From assembly GCA_051362555.1 (NCBI GenBank), contig CM120642.1:19158001-19222000 (forward strand): DNA of 64,000 nucleotides. The letters run 5' to 3'. The translations under genes were made by a program, and so were the position numbers. Within the stretch, counting starts at the first letter, position 1; each line of letters opens with the position of its first letter. Shown one piece after another: positions 51,404 to 64,000 of the stretch. The DNA is from Lingula anatina (lineage: Eukaryota; Animalia; Brachiopoda). The notes under the pieces were generated by a model. The model ran no database searches. It was not told where the DNA came from and was given only the letters and a program-made list of their open reading frames with translations.

Positions 51404-54400
51404 ATGAAGTTTTTGGTATTCTTAGGACTTATAGGGTAGGGTGATATTTTTTCTGATTTTTCGTGGTTTAATTTATCTGTATTCTTTTTAAAAAATCAGT
51501 TTGACATGCTCAAAAATACGTTGAAATAGGAGCAGCTAGGTCCACGCCTATGGATGCTTTCCCAGAGCTTTAGATCGATCTTAAAATTAAGTTTTAGATC
51601 GACCTAACTCCCTGAGGGTTCACGCTAAATTGCAGTCAGCCGAGCGGGCAGCATAGTTAATTACCCCCTTACAGCTTTTAGTAGGCGGGACAGACGCTTA
51701 AGCCGGCCAAGCTGACAGCAATCTAGTGAGACTCCCCACAGGGATAGATCGATCTAAAAATCTATGGAAATGGGGTGTATGTTTAGCTTAAGCTTTCGTA
51801 GATTATTTTGATACTGATTAGTAAAATATTCTTTTCTATCTTCAGGTTTGCTCTTTGCCAGGACAGGATCGACCAGCTGTTTAGCTTGGTGGATGCCAAC
51901 AAGGACGACTCCATCCAAAAGGCCGAACTGATGGCCGTGTTCCTTTCATTTGATGACGACGGTAGGCAGTTGTTTCTGTCTCTCTGCACAACCGCATTTT
52001 CTGTTGAAATGACAAAATCCAAAATCATGGTAAAGATTCAATACATGAGCAGCAAACGTTTCACCAGTTCTCTTCATTTTCAACATGGTCTTGGAATACC
52101 TGCTCCTTCTAAGTAACGGGAAGTGTATCTTATATGCATCCGTGATTTTTTCAATTGAAAGCACGTTGCCGTTAAAATCAAACAATACATGAAGAAATGA
52201 TTTTACAAGTATTATTTTGAAGAGAGATCGGCCTCTAGTTTGTTAGTTCCGACCCGTTTTGTCCCGTTTAACGCAACTGAGGGTCCGCGTACCAGAAAGT
52301 TCGCCCTCCATTTAGTTATAGGGCCTAATGGTTAGGGCTAGCCTGACCTAAGTGGGTCAAAATCTAAGGCGAGACTTGCCTGTACAATTGCAAATGATTG
52401 GGAAGCGGACGCTATATTAGGGGGGACTCTCTGTCACGTTACACCGGCTCCGTGAGCTCCGCTGGCTCAGCGTCATGTCGGCGGATACAAGTCACCGTTA
52501 CCGCATTTCTTCCTAGACAACAGGGACCTGTGACCTCATCTCTTGAAATTAGGTCACATATAATCCTGAACCCTTTGATTTGGGACTCTGTCGGTGCATT
52601 TGCATAGGCTTGACGCTCGTCGCAATATATAATGCAACCTTGTCAAAATTTTTGAAAATCAAATGCTAAATATCCCCCAAAACCAAAGGGAATATGGGAA
52701 ATTCAAGTTACTATAGAAGTCTGACCGAAAGTCATTTGTGGAGATTTCAAATATGACCTTAGATTTTTCCTTTGACCTATATTTTAAGGTCGAATGGGCC
52801 AATATTTTGTAGAAGAATAATTATTTATGAAAAATATATTTGTGTCGATTTTTAGAAACTAAATAGACCTATGCTTTTTTATTATGGTGAGAAGTTACAC
52901 TTGGGGTCTCCTTTTATCTTCATGAGATTGTGGTCAATCGGTGCATTTCCACGGTGGAAGCGGCCATTAAATGCCAAAATGGAAAACTCTCTCTTACTCA
53001 AGAACTGTTACTTGTTTGTTTCATTTTGTAGAGCTTGTCAAGAACAAAACTGGACATTTTGGCCTTTTTTGTTTTCTATACTATTCTATGCTCTATTTCA
53101 AAAATTACAACCCAATGCACGATGGTGTTAAGGTTCCAAAATTAAATGTGAATTACTCCAAAATTAGCAGAGATATACCCATAGTTAATATTGAACGTGG
53201 ATAGGAAATCATACACTGGCAATCTTGTGGCCGTGAATTTGACCTTTGGCGTACTTTTCTCCATGAAATGCCCTTTGCAAATTTGCTAACCTTTATATTT
53301 GTTCCAGGTGATGGCAGTGTGTCAGAGAATGAATTTGTCACTAATTGGGTTACCAAGACAGGGTCCTCCCCAGAAGCTGCGAAGGCACTCTTCGACCTGA
53401 CTGACGCTGCGGGTGGCGACGCGAACGGTGCAATTACGCCCAATGACGTGGACGCGGTCTTTGTCGCTTTTGATGCTGATGGTAAGTTCAGTTATGGAAA
53501 ATTAAAATTACATCATTTTGGAATATGAGGTTTGATAATAGGACTGGATAACAACAACAAGAACAGCAGTTATAATAATAATAATGATTAAACGTATTGT
53601 ATACGAGCATGCCCAGCTATATACCTTGCAAGAAAATGTTGCTATATTATATTACACTTGCTGCTTTATTATCCTCTTTTCGACATAACTTAGTTGTTGT
53701 CAATCTGTCCGTTTGCTCAGACCCCCCTTTACAAAAAGGTGCGACCTTTGTGACAGCCGTGTGCCTCTTTGTGCGACCAAAAATATGAGCAGCGTGATCA
53801 GTTGCCAAGCCAGAAATTCCATCTCTGTGTAAAATCAACGTGAGCGAAAAAATGAAGACTTTTCCTGTCGAACTTCGAGCGGCCACTGTGGCTTCCTTGA
53901 GCCTCCAACGGCGACCATGCCATAACTGTAGTCGAAAGGAGGCACAACAGTTGCCTCCCTGCTGGAGGTTATTTAGTTAAATTCATTTTTCTCCTCTACC
54001 AGCCATAAAATGAACCCCAATACATGCCATGTTTATGTATTATTTTTTTACTTCTTTATTTTAACACAGTGGTATTTTTTTCTATCTAGGAAGCGGCGAA
54101 GTTTCTCCGGCCGAGTTTAGAGCCAAATGGACCGAGGTAAAATTATCTTGACATAAATGCAGTGTAGATTTTCCGAGGAAGAAGAATCACTGTTCTCCAA
54201 GCTGTATTAACAAGTTTTAACAGGGGCTATCGTTTGTTGGCAATTTGGTCACGGTTGCACAGGCATGTTGTTCGCTATTTGTAGGGTGTCTGTATGTGGT
54301 TGCTTACATCATTCTGATAACGTCATGTTATGATATGTTAGCCGCGGTGAAAAAAGAACTGTTAACGCCATTTGTTGAACCCACAGATGCTTTTATCATC

Positions 54401-55006
54401 TAAGTACAGTTTAATGACCTTTCCACCCCCACCCCGGAAAATTATGATCTATGAAAAGACTACTTTATAATTATTTCTAAATCTGAACAAATGCCATTTA
54501 ACCATTCAACCGTCCCCTTTTACAGGGCGGTCAATAAAAACGACTTCTTTTTTCATCTCAATTTCAATGCAATTCAATATTTCCAACTTTCTTTCACCAA
54601 ATTGTTTCATAAGAATGACATTTTATCCCTGCAAATTCTGCAGATACTGGAAACCATTATCGATTATTGAAATTTGAAAATCCGATCAATTGAGTCTACC
54701 AAGCATTTTAAAAAAGAATTGCAGACATACCAATTCAGGGAATCGTTTATTAATCGACTTTTAAATTGGTTTTTATAAATTTTATATAGTAATTGTATTT
54801 TTGCATTGTAAGAAATAAGGCTATTCTACCTATAAGCTTTTCTGTGTGCAAATAAGGCTGTTTTTTTTTTAAATCTAGAAGTGATTATTTTTTCTTAACA
54901 AACATATTTGTGTTATTATCTAGATATCTTAATAACATGTATATCAAAACTGAGATGGATTTTCCTTTAATTTCAGATCACCGGGTCTTTCGCTGCTACC
55001 TCCTAA
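51404..55006 (+). CDS. Secreted EF-hand protein copy 2, single-module form (~132 aa)
   Basis: Exons 51404-51435, 51846-51961, 53308-53481, 54090-54136, 54977-55006. The linker-exon donor is CT instead of GT (55003), giving TCC TAA; AATAAA at ~55126. Confidence 0.82.
51552..51777. mobile_element. AGATCGATCT-family MITE, reverse orientation, intronic
   Basis: TAT duplication; absent from copy 1 (~40848). Confidence 0.9.
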
Positions 55007-55739
55007 GTACATACTTTATGCCTTTGGAATTTTTAGTAGAATCTCATTAGATACATGTATGCATGCTATGAAGAGCACCTTTCTTTATATAGTATAACAT
55101 TGATAGATTTTTTTTAAAAAATAATAATAAACTGATCCTGTGCATGACTTAGTCTCCATAAAGTCCAGTTTCCATTTGTCCAGTTCTCGTTTATAGTAAT
55201 TACCAGTAAAAATTTGAGGTGCAACTTTTGCCTCGTCCCACAACCTTTATCTGTGCTAGACTGCTAGTCTATCCCTCGCGAGTGATTTTTTTTCTTTGAA
55301 GTTTACACTTGGCTTGTATGAAATTAGGCCCAGGACCTGCACGAAAAAAGAACATGACCACAATATTATAATTTTTATTGACATAAATATTGTTTAACCC
55401 CCTTACTTCGAAGTGGGCGAAAATTCGTCCTCCAAGCGATTGCAAGCCCAGTGTAACAGCGCGTTTGCGACAGATCTTTTGAAGAACAATTCTTCATTTC
55501 ACAGGACTCAAGTACAGGCGAGAATACGGGAACTGTTCAAATTGGTGGACAAAAACAACGATGGTATCATGACTCGGGGCGAATATTGCCAACTCCTGAC
55601 AATGTTTGACGACAACAGTAAGTACTGGCATAATGCTGAATATTTTGAATAATCTAAAAAATGAACATGTGGTGTGTAAAACATTGGCTTTATGTGTTAT
55701 CAAGCATAGTATAGCGGCCAAGGCAAAGACTGACAGTAA

Positions 55740-55996
55740 GGCTTCATTCCCATGCAATGTCTATTTTCTAAATTCTATTTTCTATTCGCGCTATCTTATG
55801 ATCACGGTCTGTGCCCTGAATATCCCGCCGCGTAATTGCTGGCAGCGCGAGCCAGTTACTTATAGTAACTTATAGTAACTGGCTCGCGCTGCCAGTAATT
55901 ACGCCGCGGGATATTTAGGGCACAGACCGTGATCATAAGACATACCGCGAATAGAAAATAGAATTTAGAAAATAGACATTGCATGTGAATGAAGCC
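55740..55996. mobile_element. Near-perfect palindromic Harbinger-type MITE
   Basis: GGCTTCATTC...GAATGAAGCC with ~120-bp arms; TAA duplication; empty site CAGTAATTGCC at ~44714. Confidence 0.9.
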
Positions 55997-56572
55997 TAAT
56001 TGCCATTCAATGTCTACAAGCTGTTAAACCAAGGAGTTATAACAGAAGGAGATTACTCGAGTGGGGGCGGATCCCGTTTTACAGTCTCATTGGTCGGAAT
56101 GAATAGAGCCCAGAGAACAATGGGTGCCTATCTCTGTTACGCTCTCATTTAAATCTCGTTTGTCAGGATAGGTGCCTTCGTCTAGCATTTCGAGAGGACA
56201 CAAACAGAAACACACTCAAAAGTTTGTTAAAATGAGAGAAGTACATAGTGCAGAGGATATAACGTTGGATAAGGTTATCAAAAATCAGGTAAGTGCTTTT
56301 AAATGCATAACTACTCGAAATATGAAGATAAATTGCAACTTTTATGCCGTAGGGTCTCACTGTGTAAGTGTCCAGCTCCACGTCGATCTCGCGAGGTGGT
56401 GTGTGGAGAATAAATATTGCACGAAAAATATTTCCCACTCATAACAAGTGCTTATAAATATAGTATCAGACGAAGAAAGTTTGGTCTTTATACAGTTGCA
56501 ATTGTTTAGTAATTTGTGGCAACAGCATAGAATAAAACTTAGGTGCACTTTCAGTGGCCGAATAACAAGCAG

Positions 56573-56885
56573 GGCCGAGTTTTATAAAGGACGTTTAGCA
56601 CTAACCAGTGGATAAGCCTAACCAGTGGATAAATTCTCCTAACACCCATTAACTAAAAGATGGCTTAAATGTGTTTCATATACAGTGTTCAAACAGCCAA
56701 TTTTTTAACTGGCCAGTGTTTAACTGGATAAAATAATTATTTAAAGGTCAGTTAACTATCCGACTGCTTAAACACTTTATGAAACACAATTTCATCCGTC
56801 GTTTAGTTAACGGGCTTGGGAGAATTTATCCAGTGGTTAGAGTTAAACACTGGTTAGTGCTAAACGTCCTTTATAAAACTGGGCC
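56573..56885. mobile_element. Harbinger-type MITE
   Basis: TIR GGCCGAGTTTTATAAAGGACGTTTAGCACTAACCAGTG and its complement; CAG duplication. Confidence 0.85.
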
Positions 56886-59800
56886 CAGATGTTTAAGCCG
56901 CCATCTTGTTTATGTTTCGAAAAAAAATCACTCCAAAAGACATTTTCCTCCTACTTTTTGATACTTGTGTCACATGACAGTCATAAAATTTAACTAATTG
57001 GTGTGTGTGCAATACCATTTCTTGAGCAGTATTGTTGTTTTTTTCGATTTTACATGTGATCTAGCTTGAATACCACAAGGGCCAATTTTCACGAGTCCAG
57101 ATCAAAAACTGTTACGCTTGTTACGGCCAAAAGCCTGAACGTTTTTTTCACTTTTCAAATGCGTGATTATAAAAGATTTTGGTGTGTTAAGATTCTTGAA
57201 CATCTTGGTCGTGGCTTGGTATACATGTATATTGCACGGGTATTGCTCCAATATTTCTTGAAAAAATAACCTGTTTTGTTCAGAATACCAATTTTTTACT
57301 TTAGTGTTATGGGTAAATGTACCATTTTTGCCTGTCCCTTTTTCGTGTTAAAAACTAAAAAAACGTATCATGACAGTTGGTCATCATTTTTCTTCTCACC
57401 ATGGTGGGTGGCTTTGGAGTGGTAACTTTGTTGTTAAAGTAAGGTGCTCAGTTATTTTGACTGGAAAAGTTTTGCCTCCACCCAGCATTTTCCATCATGG
57501 CGGTCTAACAGGAAGTTTGACTTCACAGTATTTTTGGTATAGTTATTTAAAACTTATTTAGTCTTCTTTTTACATATATATATATAAAGTCTTAAGGTTT
57601 TAAGTTCACCTAGGCTCCACCAATTACTTTACCTGTTATCTCACTACACATCTCCCTTTGAGTCAAGGTGTGTAAGACACACCTTATTGTGTAAGACACC
57701 TCATTGTGTAAGACACCTCTATAATTAAGGGGTACTTGCTTCTCTACTTTAATTATACTTCACTACTTTGTCATGTTAGGTGGCAAGCTTGGATGTTTCA
57801 GTTCATTTTAAGAAAGAAGCTTTGCCTTGGTGATTACAAAAAATAGAACTCTATTAAGGTTTATTCATTACTTGAAAGTAAATATTTCATCTTGCAGTGT
57901 TGAAACAGAAATTCTCTCAAAGTTGATAATGAATTTGACATGCATATCTTTACACTACTCAAGTTTTTTTTCTTCTATTATAGATATGGGAGAAGGCTGC
58001 TTTGAATATATTAATTATGGTCAGGCTGGTAAAAATTAAAAAATGTCAATGAAAAAAGGAGGTAAGTCTGTCTAGGGTAAGTTACTTTTGTCATAATGCC
58101 TACGATGCATTAAACATTCACTAGCAACATTACCCTTTTTAAATTTTTTTCAAAATACAACAACCTTGGGCATTTTCCTTTTACCAACCAGCCTCTTTGA
58201 AATCCCCTTTTTGTCCTGTCAGAAGAATAGGAACCAGGTATTTCAGCCAAGTCATAACAAGACACATTAAACTTCACTGCGTAATTCCATAATGTCTACA
58301 TGGATACTAGTAGTTCATAATGCTATTATTATGTTTTTTTTTTCTAACCTACAGGTTTCTCTCTTTTCTGAATGGCATGGCATTGGCAAGGCAGAAAAAA
58401 AGGCCCTGAAGAAATTCTCACTTGAGTTGTCCTTTTTGGAGAAGAAACTGGATAAGACTGGCCAACAGAGATTGCATTAAATTAATAGTGCTCTTTCATG
58501 ACATTTTAAAATATTTTCAGTCACCTAACTGACTCTATACATTTCAAAAGTGGACATAAATTTAATGTTACTGTCACATGGAAAAAAATTCAAAACCTAC
58601 ATATAAATTGCTGAGTGCCATGGTATAACAGTCTACCTGATTGCCAGTGAAATTTCTGTTTCAGTGAAATTTCTTTAAAGCAGTCACTTACTGGCCCAGT
58701 TAATTTTTTCAGCTGTAACATGTACTCCAGTTCATTTTATAAATGTTCTTACTAAGTGTTGTCTTGATATATAATAACGTTTTGAAAAGCCCAAGTTTTT
58801 GATCCTATTTGTAAGAATTAGCCACTTTATCTTCTAGGATTTTTTTCATTCGGCCCATTAGATTCTCAGACCTTGCTGGCTCTGAGTGGAATAGTATCTG
58901 GCACAGACTGGTATCAACAAGTCAGATAAAAAAGAATATATTTATTTCTATTTGCACGGTTGAAAAAAATGCCAACATAGACTGCATAAAACTGGAAAAC
59001 TGTAGCAACTTAATCATTATTATGACGTACTTCATTGATTACTGCTTATGTGTAAAATTTTGTTTTTGTTCTTCTATTGATATAATAAAATGGTTTTACT
59101 CACAGATGCTACTCACGATGCTTGAGTATAGAGTTGACTTAAAAGATATTTTAAGTTAATATAGTAAATAATAGTCTGAAATTCTATATTCTCATCTTTA
59201 TTTGTTTCACTTTAAAGAGTTCGGTTAATACTAAATTTTCTGATATTTTTTGTACATAAATATATTTATGAATGAATAAAAATTATTCTCAATGTTTAGC
59301 ACTGTGCACTTGTTTACCGACAAATATGAACAGTGGTAGTATGTGTCAAAATAATCCTGACAAAAAGGGAGATTTCCAAGATAAAGAAATTTATAATGAG
59401 TATTCAGTAAACTGACATGTCGTGGCATTGCCTCAACCTTTGATTAATTTTTTACCTTAATGCATTAAAATATTAAAATTATACCGAGTGAGAGAAAAAA
59501 AATACTTTAAGAAATTTAAAACCAGTCACAAAGCTAAGCTTAGGCACTGTCACAATGTATATGTTTACGGGACCCAAGGGCAGGAGGGTCCAAACGTTTA
59601 TGTATTAATATTATGTCCTTTGGCAGTGAGGACAAACGTTCACTTAAATGTCATTTTCACAAACCACAGTTGGGACGTTTTCTTTTGACTTCTCCTTGGT
59701 GATTTTTCACTGGGTTGTGCAAAAAAAAAAAAAAAAAAAGGCATCTATCACCGACTCAAAAAAACTCATGGCGACCGTCCTCAGTCACCACCTTATAATC

Positions 59801-60040
59801 GCTTTCTATGATATCGTTCCCTTCCAGCACATCGTCCAAATAATTACCTGTGAAAAAAATCGTCAGCATACAACGCCGCTTTGACACTACTGATCTCGAA
59901 TTCTAACGTGAAATAACGCATATGAAATTAATCTCCAAGCTGAGGAGAGCGACGCAGACGAAACCTTGAGACAGGAGGCCCCCCGTAGCTAGCTCCGCCC
60001 ACCGTAACAGACATCGGACAACAGAGAGGCTTGCGTGTAA

Positions 60041-60152
<112 letters not shown>

Positions 60153-63100
60153 ATGTCCTTAACAACAATTCCAGTGCCATAGGAACTATATTTAGTAGTA
60201 ACACCACTGTAGTTTGCTGGCTCCATCCCAGATATGATTTTCATTCTTGATTCACCGCTGTGTTTCAGAGGACGGCGAGGTCACCCAGACGGAGTTCTTG
60301 GCTCACTGGCCAGGTACAAATGGTGCCCAGGTATTTGCGGCTGCCGCTGCTGAGGACGGTAAAATTACCTGCGAAGATCTGCATCGTATCTTTAATCAGT
60401 ATGATGCCTATGGTAATAGCTCTTATTATGTTTTGAAATTCACTTTCTGATAGTTTCTTCTTATGGCTTCAAATATTGCTCACAATTAACTGGTTGAGCA
60501 ATTACATTCAGTTGAATGTCACTTTGGGCACCGTTTATGGGTCTATTTTTGTTTCATATAATTTGTGCTTGTAAGTTATATGCATTAAAAAACTTTCTAA
60601 AATGAATCAAACAATTTACTTTATTAATATCAATATATATTTTATATAAACAACAAAACCTTTCTTAATTTGCTTAAATGCCGTGTGTGCGTTTTGAAGC
60701 ATATAAAAAATTAACAGAGAACAGATAAGGCAACAGAAATATCGCGGACGTGCTCAAAATCAAGTCAGCAGCATTTTCCAGATTTAAAATCTGATTCCAG
60801 AATTCTTAAAAAAAAAAAAAAAAAAAAAAAAAACTATTATTTTTATTTCTAGGCAACGGCCGAGTCACCTTTCCGGAATTTGGTGCAGCCTGGTTAAAGG
60901 TAACTTTTATACAATTATTGCCTTCGGGTGAGGTAACTTCGGTGATATATGCAACCCGCAGCTAGCATAATTGACCTCCGCCGTCGTAGACATTTACGAA
61001 TGATATTTTGACAGTTGTATGGATAAACAGTAACTGTATTATAAACCCCGACATATTTTCGAATGTTAGAAATGAATCTGGTTGTACATTATTCTATCAA
61101 TCGGTCACTGCCATCAGTGTTGCCGTTGTCATTGAGGTTTTATTTTTTCACCGAATATGGAGAAAAAGAGACAAAAGAGGGTGCACAATTGCTTTATTTT
61201 TTTAAGTTGTAACATTGCGGTATTTTATACATTCCAGATCGTTAGAGAGAATCCTGCCATTCTTGGTTGAGTGAACTCTTGCACATGATTTGTAATAGTG
61301 CTGAAGAAGGAATTATGAAGATTTCGTGCTTGTTTTACTTCCCCTTACAAAAATATGGACTTAAGTGTGTACAAAGTGTTCTCCCAAATTCTGATTTTTT
61401 ATCTTGGATTTCGTGAAAATAAAATACAGAGGGAAAATAAAGACCAATTGCTTTGCACTTGTTGTTTTGAATTATCAGAGCATTACAATTACAAGATAAA
61501 TATATTTATGCAAACATAAAGGAAAAGAAACATATGTCACGATGGTATTGGCTAAAATGTTACTGATTACGCATATTCTTAATAGTCACTTCCTAACTAC
61601 GTTATCTACATTTTCTTCCTCTCCCTTCAACCTCCAACATTGCATTCCACCGTTTACATTACATTTCCCGCTTAAGTACGACGAGGTCATGCCAATCAAT
61701 TCAGTTACTCTACAAAACACTCCCCGCACCTTATACACTCGAGGCTGTCAATCACTAACATTATCTCCCGGGGAAGATATGCCTGTCCCTAGGCATATTT
61801 TAAATTAAAATATACCACTAAATAATCCTTCTTGAGCAGTCCATTTTTATCAGACAGTCATACCAAAAATATAACCAAGTGAAAAAATTCTATATAATTT
61901 ACTTACACATAAAAAATAAACACATTCGACATGAAACCAAAAATATAACTCAAAGGAAGATATATTAATAACTTTTTGGAAAATCAATTGTTCGTGGATA
62001 TATTTCGTATTGGCATTTTAATGTGTGGCCCAAGAGTAGAGATACTTTTTGCTTGTTTTCGACTGCGCGGATATTTCATCTGTTACTCTCTTATTATGGC
62101 TCTGAAACATTTTCTTATACGGTTTCCCTCTTTTGGTTGTCATTTTTGATATAGTAGGAATGCACTACGTGAGACAATAGGGTCGATCACTCCCTGACCA
62201 GTAAGCAGCAGTGAACACAACGTTGTGACCAGCGCATCGTTCGTATGAAGAACTTGTTCATCTTCATATCAATATCCACACTGTAGCACTCCTTTGAGAT
62301 GACTATAAGAGAAACACTTGTTTACATGTATATCAAGTTCGATCCACGAATGTATAAATTGTACTTTGAAATGATCAAGTCACAAAATGTGAGAATTCCA
62401 ACTTGATTTCTACATGTATGTTATCAGTTTCATGTCATCATGCTGTTCATGTAACAATAATCGTCTGGTTAAATATCGATAATCAGTAATCATAAGATAC
62501 ATAAGCTGAATATAGATATATTAATAATACTTCACTTACTTGATATTCAATACATAATACTTAACGTGTCATTATAGCCATGCACATGTAATGCAATAAC
62601 ATATTTGACTCAAAGTAAGCTCATAAAATTTTAAGTTCGTTTTCACACAAATGAATAGTTTCCATTTGGTAAAGTCCATAGTATCATTCATTTTGAATTA
62701 CTGCACGAGCCTCTCCTCGCTCGCACAGCCTCTCCTCGCCGTGCGCTGAGACAGAGACGGTCGTCGATTAGCTTCTACGACCATCACCGCGGAACAGGGA
62801 ATGGTGTTTAGCTTGGGTTGGGGTGGGGGTGGGGGTGGGGATGAGGGTGATCAGAGGAAAAGATCCACCCCCACCGACATCTCCCTAAGTAGCTTGAAGT
62901 ATGATTTTTAATTTTATTGAATTTTTCAATTAGAAACCAGTGTCGTTTTTCGACATTCATCCTCATTCCAAAAACTAAATGAACACGACAGAATAAATCT
63001 CAAAACCAGTATCTTCAACTTAATATTAAAATAATATTTCTATATATAACATTGCAAAAAAGTTAGAACAAAACCCCACTGTATTTCCAAATGGCCTTTC

Positions 63101-63449
63101 TCATCATAAATTTGTCTGATAGGCGTGATATTGATCACGCGAAGTGAAATAAAAATGCGCGGTTGCGTTTTCGTCTTTTATTTGGTGGCAAAATGCGGCT
63201 CTACAGATGGTTGGTGTAATCCAAAACCAATACGGGAAACAAATAAGGCTAATAGACACGGGATAAATGCAATTATCATTCAACCTTTAACAAACAAAAC
63301 TCAAAGCAATGTGCCAAGAAAACGTGATTATCGCATGGTATGACGGTCGTGATGTGCAATTGCCCCCACACCATGGTTTAGCATCGTCTGTTCTCCGTCC
63401 TTGAGACTACTTTTTGACCGTGAGAGCGTCACAGTAACTTGTGAAGATA

Positions 63450-63572
63450 ATTTCCATAATGCGTGACTCGTAAAAATATCAGATCACGATCTGTTATATA
63501 AAAGCTCGTCTCCTAGGTAAATGGGTCAGTTGACTAAGTTTTTGTGTCGTTCGTAATTGGTGCGGGATCCAA
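63450..63572 (+). promoter_or_regulatory. Core promoter and non-coding exon 1 of EF-hand copy 3 (CDS lies beyond the window)
   Basis: TATA 63495-63504, TCAGTT 63526-63531, donor at 63572. The window ends just before the expected signal-peptide exon. Confidence 0.8.
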
Positions 63573-64000
63573 GTAAGTTATATATATATTTTTATACAGT
63601 TTTTACTTTAACGCGGGAAGTTGAAGTTAAATTAGAGTGATTGCATTGTGGAACCTGCTCATTCAGTTGCAAGGGTGTTTATCAAAGTTTCTTGTGGTAG
63701 GGTTTCCCGGACAGATCGTAAACCTTTACTTCGGCACCAAGTACTTTTGTACTGGTCGCTACATCGGCTTTACGAAAGCTAATAAGACGAATCTTTTATG
63801 ACCAATATTATTAAGATGTAATGCATTAGATTTTGCTAAATAATATTGTATATACAATGTGAAAAATTGAAATCGGAGCGTTTTTCTTAACACCAGGTAT
63901 ATTTTACACTCACATATTGTTAATATAATTATGTACTAATGCATGATATAAATAAAGATACCGAATTTGCACGTATATTTTATTATATGTAAATCATATA

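Overview
AT-rich, intron-containing eukaryotic DNA from a lophotrochozoan invertebrate, probably a mollusc (inferred from gene content; species not determinable). Contents in order: a G-rich minisatellite (0.24-0.84 kb); many non-autonomous DNA transposons; a single-coding-exon 423-aa neuropeptide precursor on the minus strand (signal peptide, 6-Cys domain, ten KR-flanked YGS[VI]Fx[FML]Px-amide peptides and PW-containing peptides); about 15 kb of non-coding sequence; a 10-exon eIF3g gene head-to-head with a 3-exon C12orf57/protein C10 orthologue; a piggyBac deletion derivative and a long foldback element; and a tandem array of at least three copies of a secreted EF-hand gene (39.4-64 kb). Each EF-hand gene is a fusion of two 4-EF-hand modules joined by an exon whose splice donor overlaps an in-frame stop. 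Copy 1 can encode 243-aa or 132-aa forms; copy 2 has lost the donor and appears locked to the 132-aa form. The paralogous copies supply filled and empty sites for several transposons. All gene models were built by eye from splice signals and translation.
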